Shown: in pieces, positions 44,694 through 53,299 of the stretch
Numbering within the stretch: position 1 is the first letter of the stretch
Layout: each line of letters begins with the position of its first letter
NCBI GenBank assembly: GCA_046346665.1
Contig: JAXMHQ010000014.1
Location: 41,877 to 105,876 of the forward strand
Length of the DNA: 64,000 bases
Source of the DNA: Verrucomicrobiota bacterium
GTDB taxonomy: Bacteria > Verrucomicrobiota > Verrucomicrobiia > Limisphaerales > JAXMHQ01
Direction: 5' to 3'
The notes under the pieces: generated by a model
Databases searched by the model: none
What the model saw: the letters and a program-made list of their open reading frames with translations, nothing else
Told to the model about the DNA's origin: nothing
Translations under genes and position numbers: made by a program

Positions 44694-46052
44694 ATGCAAG
44701 CCAGCGAGCTCCTCTTCTCGGCCGCGACCCCGAACCCGGCCGCCCGCACGGAATCGCCACCGCCTCACAACACGCGCTCCAACGACCCGTTCGACGCCCT
44801 CATGGGCCGCGCCCTCCAGCGCTCCCAACAGGATCCAGGCTCCCCACCCGCCAGCCCCGATAAACGGCCCCGCGCAAAAGCCAGATCCGATTCCAACCGC
44901 CCCGCCGACGCCTCAAACGCGTTGTGCGCGCCTTCCACGGCGCCGGATCCAATTCAAACGCCATCAACAACTTCTGCAACAACTTCGAGCAGTCCCGGCG
45001 GAAGCACGGCACCCGTCAGCACGCAAACCATCGGAAATCCAGCCCAGGAATCGACGGCTGATTCTCAAAACCCTTCAAACGAGGAAGTTGCGACGAATCC
45101 TTCATCCGGCACGGTCGCGCTCATCGATTTAAAGTTGCCCGAAGCGGCCTCAGAAGCTGCACAACCAATTCAGCCACAATCAACAACGTTACTGACGCCT
45201 CCGGGTGATTCGGCGGAAATCGATCCCAAAGACTTAGCATCGAAAGAGCAGGGGACCCCAGCTCCGGATCCGGCTTCGGATCCACCTAAAATCATTGAGC
45301 CAAAGCATCTTAGAAGCGTTGTGATGAAGCCTCCGGAAGGGGGTGGCACATCCGCTGCTCAACAGCATGCGCCTATGCAAATGGCCGATAAAAAGAACAG
45401 TTTTACCGACTCGACCGAGCAAAATCTGCCGGTGCCGGGTAATTCCGGCAATATCGAGTTGGTTTCGGCCAGAAGCGCTCGAGCGGTTCAGGCACTGACT
45501 TCTGCGGCCAAGGCGGATTCGACCTCGAGCGCCGCGCCGGATTCCTCTTCGGTTCCGAGTTCGGCGGCGGTGGAGACGCATGCCGCGGCGGCCTGGCCGA
45601 GTGTGGCCCCGATGCGCACCCTGGAACGCGCGCATGATCTTATGTCGTTGCATGCTTTCCGGCTCCGGGATTCCGGGGCGGATTCGCTGCAGGTGGTCAT
45701 CAAGCCCGGATCCAATCTGCAGCTCTCGCTGAATCTCCAGATGCGCGACGGCCAGGTGCAGATGGAAGCGCGCCTGCACAAGGGCGACTACGATTTTCTG
45801 AATCGTCAATGGCCGCAGCTCCAGCAGCAGCTCGAAGCGCGCGGCATCCGTCTCGCGCCGCTCAGCGCGGATACGGGCAGTTTGAACAGCCAATCCGATT
45901 TTCAACAAACCCGGCAGCAGCGCCAGGACGAGGACCCGACGGCCCTCAGTGTCCTGGGCGGGTTGCCGATCTCCGCGACCCTGGCTCCGGCCGCCGCCCC
46001 GTCGGCGTCGGCCCCGGCGTCCCCGGTCCGCGGCTGGGAAACCTGGGCCTGA
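44694..46052 (+). CDS. fliK: flagellar hook-length control protein FliK
   Basis: 452 aa from the ATG at 44694. Long Pro/Ser/Ala-rich disordered body. C-terminal LQVVIKPGSNLQLSLNLQMRDGQVQMEARLH...LQQQLEARGI is the Flg_hook/FliK C-domain pattern. Confidence 0.8.
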   Translation: MQASELLFSAATPNPAARTESPPPHNTRSNDPFDALMGRALQRSQQDPGSPPASPDKRPRAKARSDSNRPADASNALCAPSTAPDPIQTPSTTSATTSSSPGGSTAPVSTQTIGNPAQESTADSQNPSNEEVATNPSSGTVALIDLKLPEAASEAAQPIQPQSTTLLTPPGDSAEIDPKDLASKEQGTPAPDPASDPPKIIEPKHLRSVVMKPPEGGGTSAAQQHAPMQMADKKNSFTDSTEQNLPVPGNSGNIELVSARSARAVQALTSAAKADSTSSAAPDSSSVPSSAAVETHAAAAWPSVAPMRTLERAHDLMSLHAFRLRDSGADSLQVVIKPGSNLQLSLNLQMRDGQVQMEARLHKGDYDFLNRQWPQLQQQLEARGIRLAPLSADTGSLNSQSDFQQTRQQRQDEDPTALSVLGGLPISATLAPAAAPSASAPASPVRGWETWA

Positions 46053-46054
46053 TT

Positions 46055-46492
46055 ATGCAAATCCTCTCCTCCACCGCGTCGAACATCGGCGGCATCGCCG
46101 GCGCGCTCGACGGATCGACCGTCCCGACCGCCGCTTCGCAATCGTTGTCGCAGGCGGATTTCCTGAAATTGCTGGTGGCGCAGATGACGGCGCAGGATCC
46201 GTTGAATCCGTCGAGCAACCAGGATTTGCTGACGCAGACCGCGCAGTTGAGTTCGTTGCAGAGCAACACGAGTCTGCAATCGACGCTTGCCGAGATGCAG
46301 GCCACCTCGATGGTGGGCAAGCAGGTGACGTTGAAACTGCAGACGGACCAGGGTGTCAGCACGACCCAGGGTGTGGTGAGCGGGATCACCTTCACTTCCG
46401 GCAAGCCGCAGATCGTGGTGGGCGGGCTGGCCTACGACGCGAACCAGGTCATTGCGATTACAAATCCGACCACGACGAGTTCCAACCCTTAA
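46055..46492 (+). CDS. flgD: flagellar hook capping/assembly protein FlgD (short form)
   Basis: 145 aa from the ATG at 46055. LSQADFLKLLVAQMTAQDPLNP is the FlgD N-terminal signature. Confidence 0.9.
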   Translation: MQILSSTASNIGGIAGALDGSTVPTAASQSLSQADFLKLLVAQMTAQDPLNPSSNQDLLTQTAQLSSLQSNTSLQSTLAEMQATSMVGKQVTLKLQTDQGVSTTQGVVSGITFTSGKPQIVVGGLAYDANQVIAITNPTTTSSNP

Positions 46493-46505
46493 TCGGAGGC
46501 AGAAC

Positions 46506-46754
46506 ATGATACGAACCCTGCGATCCAAAGTGGCGAGCCGGCCGGAAGACCCGCTCGGCGACATTCGGAGCCATCTCGCGATGGCCATGGTGGGCAGCAC
46601 CGTGGATTTGCTGGCGGATCATCACACCGTGGCGCACGGCATTGTCACGGGCGTGTTCATGATGGCTGGTTCCCCGAAGATCATCGTCAACGGCCGGACC
46701 TACGATATCAACCAGGTGCTCACGGCGACGCCGGGCGGCACCGAGACACATTAA
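46506..46754 (+). CDS. 82-aa FlgD C-terminal-domain-like protein
   Basis: MAMVGSTVDLL...HGIVTGVFMMAGSPKIIVNGRTYDINQVLTAT aligns with the FlgD tail MVGKQVTLKL...QGVVSGITFTSGKPQIVVGGLAYDANQVIAIT at about 19 identities over 48 residues, by hand. It lacks the FlgD N-terminal motif. Confidence 0.6.
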   Translation: MIRTLRSKVASRPEDPLGDIRSHLAMAMVGSTVDLLADHHTVAHGIVTGVFMMAGSPKIIVNGRTYDINQVLTATPGGTETH

Positions 46755-46773
46755 CCCCACCCAGACTTAAATT

Positions 46774-47622
46774 ATGATCGGCTCATTCCAAACCGGTGTC
46801 AGCGGCCTCCAGCAATTCCAGCAGGAACTCGAGGTCATCGGCAATAACATCGCCAACGTCAACACGGCCGGCTACAAGGGCTCGCACGTCGAGTTCGCGG
46901 ATACCTTCAGCCAAAGCCTCCTCAACGGCGCCAACGTCCTGCAGGTCGGCACCGGCGTCGCCACCGCCGCCATCAACAGCTCCTTCACCCAGGGCACCAT
47001 CAACACCACCGGCACCACCACCGACCTCGCCATCAGCGGAAGCGGCTATTTCCTCGTGCGCGATACGTCCAGCAATACAACTTACGCGACGCGTGACGGC
47101 CAGTTCACACTCGACCAAAACGGCTACCTCCAAACCAACGCCGGCATGCGCGTCCAGGGTTACACCGGCGCGCCGCCTTACACCAGCGCCACGCCCACGG
47201 CCGACATCCTGATCGATGCCGCCTCCGCTATTGCGGCCTTCGATCCGACCGCGCCCGTCGGGACCAAGATCGCAAACTTCAGCATCGATTCCTTCGGCCA
47301 GGTGAACGCGCGGCTGGACGACGGCGTCAATGGCGTCATGGCGCAGGTCGTCCTGCAGGATTTCACGAACCCGCAGGCTCTGATGAAACTGGGCAACAAC
47401 GTTTACACCTGGGATACCAACGCCGGCCCCCTCGCCGCCCCGGCGGCCCCGCGCAGCGGCGGGCTCGGACAGATTTATTCCGGCGCGATCGAAACGTCGA
47501 ACGTGGATCTCAGCACGGAAATGACCTCGATGATCACCGCGCAGCGCGCGTTCGAGGCCAACGCCAAAATCGTCACCACGAGCGACGAAATCCTGCAAAC
47601 GCTGGTCAACCTGAAACGCTAA
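46774..47622 (+). CDS. flgE: flagellar hook protein FlgE (short, Bacillus-like length)
   Basis: 282 aa. SGLQQFQQELEVIGNNIANVNTAGYK N-terminus. ITAQRAFEANAKIVTTSDEILQTLVNLKR C-terminus. Position after flgD fits. Confidence 0.85.
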   Translation: MIGSFQTGVSGLQQFQQELEVIGNNIANVNTAGYKGSHVEFADTFSQSLLNGANVLQVGTGVATAAINSSFTQGTINTTGTTTDLAISGSGYFLVRDTSSNTTYATRDGQFTLDQNGYLQTNAGMRVQGYTGAPPYTSATPTADILIDAASAIAAFDPTAPVGTKIANFSIDSFGQVNARLDDGVNGVMAQVVLQDFTNPQALMKLGNNVYTWDTNAGPLAAPAAPRSGGLGQIYSGAIETSNVDLSTEMTSMITAQRAFEANAKIVTTSDEILQTLVNLKR

Positions 47623-47628
47623 TCCACC

Positions 47629-48192
47629 ATGCCTCCCACCCGATCTGAAGCCGCCCCGGCGGAAGAAGCCGCGGCCCCGGCCGCCGCCGCCGCCGCCGCC
47701 GCTGCCGCCCCCGCCTCCGGCGGGTTCGCCGCCTGGCTGCCGCTCCTGGCCACCATCCTGGTCATGCCCGTCCTGGCCTACCTCACCACCACCATGGTCC
47801 TGCTGCCCAAATTGCAGAAGGGCCTCAACGCCGCCTCGCCCGCCGCCGGCGGTGAAGCCGCCGAAACCGCCAAGGCCTCCGGGCCCGTCAAAAAGGAATC
47901 GGTCACCATGAACAAACTGCTGGTCAACGTCGCCGGCACCATGGGCTCCCGCTACCTCCTCATCAGCCTCACCATGGTCGGCGCCGGACCCCAGTTCAAA
48001 GAAAAAGTCCAGGACCTCGAACCGCAGCTCCGCGACATGGCGTGCGGCGTTCTCCAGGCGAAAACACTCGCCGACCTCGAGAAACCCACCGCCCGCAACC
48101 TCATCCGCAGCGAGTTGATCGCCGGATTCAACACCGTCTTCGGCGGCGCCACCGTCCAGGAAATCTATTTCACCGAGTTCGCCATCCAATAG
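47629..48192 (+). CDS. fliL: flagellar basal body-associated protein FliL
   Basis: 187 aa. Ala-rich N-terminus, one TM, then LLVNVAG...RYLLISLTMV...LRDMACGVLQAKTLADL...IRSELIAGFN...VQEIYFTEFAIQ. Confidence 0.85.
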   Translation: MPPTRSEAAPAEEAAAPAAAAAAAAAAPASGGFAAWLPLLATILVMPVLAYLTTTMVLLPKLQKGLNAASPAAGGEAAETAKASGPVKKESVTMNKLLVNVAGTMGSRYLLISLTMVGAGPQFKEKVQDLEPQLRDMACGVLQAKTLADLEKPTARNLIRSELIAGFNTVFGGATVQEIYFTEFAIQ

Positions 48193-48202
48193 CGCGACCG
48201 CG

Positions 48203-49189
48203 ATGAATCCACCCGCCTCCCCCACACCGGCTCCCGAGGCCGCCGCGGCAAACGCCCCGGCCGAAATCGATGTCCTCACGTCCCGCGGTGTGCACGAACG
48301 GCGCCGGAGCGATTCCATCCGCGCCTGCGATTTCCGCCAATCGGGCTTTCTCACCCCCAGCGAACTGCGCCGGATCCGGATGCGGCACGAGCAGTTCGTC
48401 CGCAGCCTCGCTTCGCGGCTCTCGATGTTTCTCCGGCTCGAATTCCTCGTCCAGCTCGGCAAACTCCAGATCGTCGGCTACCAGAAATTCACCGAAACCC
48501 TCCCCAGCCCGACCCACATCACCCTTTTCAAAATCGATCCGCTCAAAGGCACCGGCCTGCTCGTCCTGCCCCCGCGCCTCGGCCTCACGCTCGTCGACCG
48601 CCTGCTCGGCGGACCCGGCCAGCCGCCCGATTCCACCCGCGACCTGAGCGAAATCGAAATCGCCCTCATCGACCAGGCCGCCTCGCTGCTGCTCAACGAA
48701 TGGTGCAGCCACTGGCCCGAAATGCGCGAGCTGAAGCCGTCCCTCGTCGGACACGAAAACAACAGCCGCTATCTCCAGACCGCACCGCCCGACACCGCCA
48801 TGCTGGTGCTGACGCTCGACGCGGGATTCGGCGAACAGCTCGAGCCGATCCAGATGGTGTTTCCCTACGCGACGGTGGAGCCGCTGATGCGGCTGCTCAC
48901 CCCGGCCGGGCTGGCCGATGCCGAAACCGCCGCCGCGCGCCAGGCGCCGTTTCGCTGGAACAACGAATTCAACGACGTGCCCGTTCCCGTCGTCGCCGAG
49001 TGGCAGGGGTTGAAACTTTCCGCGGGCGACATCACCCGGCTGAAACAGGGCGACGTGCTCATGCTCGACCCGGCGTGCGCCGCGCAGGTGCAGCTCAGCC
49101 TGAGCCACATCCCCAAATTCACCGGCCGCCCGGGCACACGCTCCGGCAAATGGGCCATCGAACTCACCGGTCCCGCCGCCAAATCCTGA
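48203..49189 (+). CDS. fliM: flagellar motor switch protein FliM
   Basis: 328 aa. CDFRQSGFLTPSELRRI...FLVQLGKLQIVGYQKF...LSEIEIALID are typical FliM blocks. Confidence 0.95.
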   Translation: MNPPASPTPAPEAAAANAPAEIDVLTSRGVHERRRSDSIRACDFRQSGFLTPSELRRIRMRHEQFVRSLASRLSMFLRLEFLVQLGKLQIVGYQKFTETLPSPTHITLFKIDPLKGTGLLVLPPRLGLTLVDRLLGGPGQPPDSTRDLSEIEIALIDQAASLLLNEWCSHWPEMRELKPSLVGHENNSRYLQTAPPDTAMLVLTLDAGFGEQLEPIQMVFPYATVEPLMRLLTPAGLADAETAAARQAPFRWNNEFNDVPVPVVAEWQGLKLSAGDITRLKQGDVLMLDPACAAQVQLSLSHIPKFTGRPGTRSGKWAIELTGPAAKS

Positions 49190-49198
49190 TCAATTTAA

Positions 49199-49477
49199 AT
49201 GAATGCGATTGCTGAAAATCCAAACCTGAGCCTCGTGCTCGACGTCCCCGTCAGCCTCACGATCGAACTCGGAAGCTGCCAGCTCCCCATGAAGGAAGTG
49301 CTGCAGCTCAATGTCGGTTCCGTCGTGCAGCTCGACAAATCGGCCGACGCACCCGTCGAACTCAGCGTCAACGGCAAACTCATCGCCCGCGGCGAAGTCG
49401 TCGTCGTCGAGGACCGGTTCGGAGTAAAAATCACCGAGGTCATCGGCGTCACCCCCGCGGCGCCCGCCACCGCCTAA
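49199..49477 (+). CDS. fliN: flagellar motor switch protein FliN
   Basis: 92 aa. LDVPVSLTIELGSCQLPMKEVLQLNVGSVVQLDK...VELSVNGKLIARGEVVVVEDRFGVKITEVI (SpoA domain). Confidence 0.95.
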   Translation: MNAIAENPNLSLVLDVPVSLTIELGSCQLPMKEVLQLNVGSVVQLDKSADAPVELSVNGKLIARGEVVVVEDRFGVKITEVIGVTPAAPATA

Positions 49478-49497
49478 CTGATTGAACCTGCCCGACC

Positions 49498-50004
49498 ATG
49501 AAACACGGCCCGACATTTTTCCGTTCCCGCTTTTGGCGAAGGATGTTCGCGCCGGCCGTGGCCGGGATCGCCTGCCGCGCCTCCGCACTCGCCGCTGACG
49601 CCGTCACCAACGCCGTCGCCAACCCCGCGTCCCCCCTCCGCGATCTTTCCGCCTCCCCGTTCCCCAGCCCCTGGTCGTCGTTGTTCCGGGTGCTCGGCGC
49701 GCTCGCCATCGTGCTCGCCGTGTTCCTCGGCGGCGTGTGGCTTTTCCGCAACTGGCAGCGCGTCGTCCAGCGCCGCGGCGCCGCGCCCCGGCTGAACATC
49801 GTTGAATCCCGCTCCCTCGGCGGCCGCCACGCCCTCTACGTCGTCGCGTTCGAACAGGAACGATTCCTCATCTCTTCGTCCCCGACCGGCATCAATTTGC
49901 TCAGCCACCTTCAGCCCGCCGAAGCGGAATCCCCCGCCGCCGCGGACACGCCCGTCTCGGGATCGTTCGCCCAGGCCCTCACCCAGGTGCTCAAAGGAAA
50001 ATGA
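49498..50004 (+). CDS. fliO: flagellar biosynthesis protein FliO
   Basis: 168 aa. TM LGALAIVLAVFLGGVWLF, then LNIVESRSLGGRHALYVVAFEQERFLISSSPTGINLL. Confidence 0.8.
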   Translation: MKHGPTFFRSRFWRRMFAPAVAGIACRASALAADAVTNAVANPASPLRDLSASPFPSPWSSLFRVLGALAIVLAVFLGGVWLFRNWQRVVQRRGAAPRLNIVESRSLGGRHALYVVAFEQERFLISSSPTGINLLSHLQPAEAESPAAADTPVSGSFAQALTQVLKGK

Positions 50005-50978
50005 GCACACCGACGCCACAACCCGGAGGGACGAGCTATGCGAGTCCCACGAATCGAGCTCCTTCGGATTCAGGGACTCGCGTAGCTCGTCCCTCCGAAC
50101 GGTCTCATTCCAGCTTCGCCGGTGTTTTCAGCCGCCGCACCCGCAATCTCCAGACGCCCGGTGACGCACTCCCCGACGCGGCCCCCGAAGTGCGCCCCAG
50201 CCGTCCGGCTTCGCGCTGGCGTTCCGGCTGGCTTTGCCTCCTGATGTTCCTGCTCGCCCTCGCGCCCGCAGGCGCCCTCGCGCAATCCACCAACAACACC
50301 GCCGCGCTCGGCCCGGTCCAGATCACGCTCGGCGGCAGCAACGGCGCGACGGATGTCGATTCCGCCGTCAAAGTCCTTTTCATCATCACGCTGCTCTCGC
50401 TCGCCCCCAGCATCCTGCTCCTGATGACCTGCTTCACGCGCATCGTCATCGTGCTGTCGTTCGTCCGCACCGCCCTCCAGCTCCAGGGCACCCCCGCCAA
50501 CCAGATCATCATCGGCCTGTCCCTGTTCATCACCTATTTCGTCATGGCGCCCGTCTGGGAAAACATCAACCGCGACGCGCTCGCCCCTTACCAGGCGAAA
50601 CAAATCACCAGCGAACAGGCGCTCGACCGCGCTTCCGGCCACCTGCGCGAGTTCATGCTTAAACAGGCCCGCCCGCGCGACGTCGAATTGTTCGCCGCCA
50701 TGGCCAAAATTGAACCCACCAGGCCCGAAGAACTCCCCCTGCGCGTCGTCATCCCCGGATTCATCATCAGCGAACTGCGCACCGCGTTCCAGATGGGCTT
50801 CCTCATTTTCGTCCCGTTCATCCTCATCGACCTTGTCGTCGCCACCGTGCTGATGAGCATGGGCATGATGATGATGCCGCCCACAACCTTTTCGCTGCCG
50901 CTCAAGCTGCTCCTGTTCGTCCTGGTCGACGGCTGGGAGCTCGTGGTGCGGTCGCTCGTTCGAAGTTTCGGCATGTAA
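50001..50978 (+). CDS. fliP: flagellar export apparatus protein FliP (start uncertain: 50001, 50190 GTG or 50244 ATG)
   Basis: Conserved FliP body VKVLFIITLLSLAPSILLLMTCFTRIVIVLSFVRTALQLQGTPANQIIIGLSLFITYFVMAPV. The ATG at 50001 overlaps the fliO stop (ATGA), but the first ~63 codons run through the palindrome. The GTG at 50190 would give a classical signal peptide, VRPSRPASRWRSGWLCLLMFLLALAPAGALA. Confidence 0.9.
   Translation: MSTPTPQPGGTSYASPTNRAPSDSGTRVARPSERSHSSFAGVFSRRTRNLQTPGDALPDAAPEVRPSRPASRWRSGWLCLLMFLLALAPAGALAQSTNNTAALGPVQITLGGSNGATDVDSAVKVLFIITLLSLAPSILLLMTCFTRIVIVLSFVRTALQLQGTPANQIIIGLSLFITYFVMAPVWENINRDALAPYQAKQITSEQALDRASGHLREFMLKQARPRDVELFAAMAKIEPTRPEELPLRVVIPGFIISELRTAFQMGFLIFVPFILIDLVVATVLMSMGMMMMPPTTFSLPLKLLLFVLVDGWELVVRSLVRSFGM
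50025..50096. repeat. 72-nt REP-like palindrome (GGAGGGACG family) at the fliO-fliP junction
   Basis: Arm 50025-50048 (ggagggacgagctatgcgagtccc) matches the reverse complement of arm 50073-50096 at 23/24. The single mismatch would be a G-U pair in RNA. Loop is 24 nt. Confidence 0.75.
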
Positions 50979-50986
50979 GGCCCATT

Positions 50987-51256
50987 ATGAATCCGGAATT
51001 TGCCATTGAACTGCTGAAGAACATGATGTTCCAGGCGCTGGCCCTCTCGGCCCCGTTCCTGATCACCGCCATGGTCGTCGGTCTCGCCGTCAGCCTCTTC
51101 CAGGCCGTCACCACCATTCACGAACAAACCCTGGCTTTCGTCCCGAAAGCGCTCGCCGTCGTCGGCGTCCTGCTCCTGTTTCTCCCCTGGATCGTCCGCT
51201 CGCTCGTCGAATTCGCGATCGCTGTGATCGAAAAAATTCCACAGATGGTCCAGTAA
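50987..51256 (+). CDS. fliQ: flagellar export apparatus protein FliQ
   Basis: 89 aa, two TM. ALALSAPFLITAMVVGLAVSLFQAVTTIHEQTLAFVPK. Confidence 0.95.
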   Translation: MNPEFAIELLKNMMFQALALSAPFLITAMVVGLAVSLFQAVTTIHEQTLAFVPKALAVVGVLLLFLPWIVRSLVEFAIAVIEKIPQMVQ

Positions 51257-51267
51257 GCACCCGGCCC

Positions 51268-52029
51268 ATGGATTATTCCTACGCCAACTGGCTGCTGGTG
51301 TTTCTCCGCGTGGGGGCGTTCCTGCTCGTGCTGCCGTTTTTTTCGGTCGCCAATTTCCCCGTCACCCTCCGCGTCGCCCTCGCCGCGCTGGTGGCCCTGC
51401 TGGTCGCCCCGCTGCTGCCCGCCTACAACATGGGCGGCCTGACGCTGTTTTCCCTGTTCGGCGTCATGATCCGCGAAATCAGCATCGGCCTGCTTCTCGG
51501 CTACGTCTCCCGCATGGTGTTCTACGCCGTCGACCTCGCCGGCAACATCATCGCCACCGAGCTCGGGCTGAATCTCGGCGCCATTTTCAATCCCATGACG
51601 CAGCAGACCTCCCAGGTGCCGGGCACGATCCTGTTTTTCCTCGCCGCCGTGGTCATGTTCACACTGGACCTCCATCACTGGGTGCTCGTGGGATTTCAAC
51701 GCACTTACCTGGTGCTGCCCATGGGCGGCGGGCACCTGAACGAGGCGCTGTTCTCCAGCGTGCTGGCCCAGACCAGCCGGATATTCGTGGTCGCCCTCCA
51801 GATTTCCGCGCCGGTGCTCGCCGTGTCGTTTGTGGTCACGCTCGTGTTCGCGGTTCTGAGCCGCGCGGTGCCGCAGATGAACGTATTCGTGCTGAGCTTT
51901 TCATTCCGGATCGTCGGCGGCCTGGCCGTGTTCGGCTTCACGCTTCAGCTCACCGCCCAACATGTGCTGAACTACCTGCACCGGCTCCCGGACGACCTCC
52001 TCAACCTCGCCCAGCTGCTTGGCGGCTGA
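51268..52029 (+). CDS. fliR: flagellar export apparatus protein FliR
   Basis: 253 aa polytopic. FLRVGAFLLVLPFF...AGNIIATELGLNLGAIFNP...ALQISAPVLAV. Confidence 0.9.
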   Translation: MDYSYANWLLVFLRVGAFLLVLPFFSVANFPVTLRVALAALVALLVAPLLPAYNMGGLTLFSLFGVMIREISIGLLLGYVSRMVFYAVDLAGNIIATELGLNLGAIFNPMTQQTSQVPGTILFFLAAVVMFTLDLHHWVLVGFQRTYLVLPMGGGHLNEALFSSVLAQTSRIFVVALQISAPVLAVSFVVTLVFAVLSRAVPQMNVFVLSFSFRIVGGLAVFGFTLQLTAQHVLNYLHRLPDDLLNLAQLLGG

Positions 52030-52041
52030 CGGCTCCCTCCT

Positions 52042-53124
52042 ATGGCTGAGCATACCGGCGAGAAGACAGAGCAACCGACACCAAGGAAGCTGGAGGAGGC
52101 GCTCAAGAAAGGCCAGATCGCCCGCAGCCCGGAGGTGCAAACCGCCGTCGTGCTGCTCGCCGGGGTCGCCGCCCTCGCGTTCAGCGGCCAGGACACCTGG
52201 AAACAACTCGTCGGCGCCACGGTCGTCTCGCTCGGACACCTCCACGACACCCCCGTCAACGCCGACACGCTCCAGGGCTACGCCATCACCGGCACGTTCG
52301 TCCTGCTCCGCTGCGTCGGCCCCGTCCTCATCGCCACCACCCTCGGCGGCCTGCTCGCCGGCGCCATCCAAAACCGGTTCAACACCGCCTCGGAAGCCCT
52401 CACGCCCGATTGGAATCGCCTGAACCCGGTCGAAGGGTTCAAGCGCCTCTTCTCCATGCGCCAGGCCGCGCCCACCGCCATCGCCGTCGCCAAGCTCGCG
52501 GTCATCATCGGGCTCACTTACTCGGAAATCGTCAGCATTCTCAACGACCCCATCTTCACCACCTCCGTCGGCGTCGCGCGCATGGCGTCCTTCCTCGCCG
52601 AAACCAGCATGCGCATTTTCCTGCGCGTCAGCCTCGCCCTCCTCGTCGTCGCGGCGGCCGATTACGGCTACCAATGGTGGCGCACCCAACGCGACCTGAT
52701 GATGACCAAGGAGGAGTTGAAGGACGAAATGAAGAACACGGAAGGCAACCAGCAGATCAAGGCCGCGCGCCGCCGCCGCAAGGCCGTCAGCAAAAAACAA
52801 ATGCTGGCCGATGTCCCCACCGCCGACGTCATCGTCACTAACCCGACACACATCGCCGTCGCGCTCCGTTACAACCGCAAATCCATGCGCGCCCCCAAGG
52901 TCGTCGCCAAGGGCATCCGGATGAACGCCCAGCAAATCCGTGAGCTGGCTCAACAGCATCACGTTCCCATCATCGAAAATAAACCGCTCGCCCGGATGTT
53001 GTTCAAGCACGCGCGGGTCGGCGCCGAAATTCCCGCCTCCCTCTACGCCGCCGTCGCCGAAGTCCTCGCCTGGGTCTACCGCGTCAACCGCTACCGCTAC
53101 TACTCCGAACAAAACGCGGCGTGA
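52042..53124 (+). CDS. flhB: flagellar export switch protein FlhB
   Basis: 360 aa. EKTEQPTPRKLEEALKKGQIARS N-terminus. Autocleavage motif NPTHIAVAL. Confidence 0.97.
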   Translation: MAEHTGEKTEQPTPRKLEEALKKGQIARSPEVQTAVVLLAGVAALAFSGQDTWKQLVGATVVSLGHLHDTPVNADTLQGYAITGTFVLLRCVGPVLIATTLGGLLAGAIQNRFNTASEALTPDWNRLNPVEGFKRLFSMRQAAPTAIAVAKLAVIIGLTYSEIVSILNDPIFTTSVGVARMASFLAETSMRIFLRVSLALLVVAAADYGYQWWRTQRDLMMTKEELKDEMKNTEGNQQIKAARRRRKAVSKKQMLADVPTADVIVTNPTHIAVALRYNRKSMRAPKVVAKGIRMNAQQIRELAQQHHVPIIENKPLARMLFKHARVGAEIPASLYAAVAEVLAWVYRVNRYRYYSEQNAA

Positions 53125-53132
53125 ATCGTAGC

Positions 53133-53233
53133 GCAGGCCGCCGGCCTGCCGTATCGCCGACCGCCCGGTCGGCGTTTTTGATCCAAAACGACGCAGGCTG
53201 GGCCGCCTGCGACACGGCAGGCCAGCGGCCTGC
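53133..53233. repeat. three short GCAGGCC/GGCCTGC-type hairpins (REP-like) in the flhB-flhA spacer
   Basis: gcaggcc-gcc-ggcctgc 53133-53149, cgcaggc-tgggcc-gcctgcg 53192-53211, gcaggcc-agc-ggcctgc 53217-53233. Confidence 0.6.
53155..53179 (+). terminator. intrinsic terminator after flhB
   Basis: cgccgacc (53155-62), loop gccc, ggtcggcg (53167-74), then TTTTT (53175-79). Perfect 8-bp GC-rich stem, 31 nt after the flhB stop. Confidence 0.7.
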
Positions 53234-53299
53234 GTTACTCAGCCGATTCCTTCGGAAAAATCATCCCTGCCCGGGTGCGCCTAAGTCCTCCATCAAAAG

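Noticed and set aside
38497-53112. Series of long minus-strand ORFs inside the flagellar operon (38497-40185, 39873-41243, 41598-43208, 43117-43911, 46783-48462, 48170-49108, 51901-53112)
   Set aside because: All are antisense to well-supported flagellar genes. All are G/D/E/A/R-rich low-complexity and lack recognisable domains. This is a GC3 artefact.
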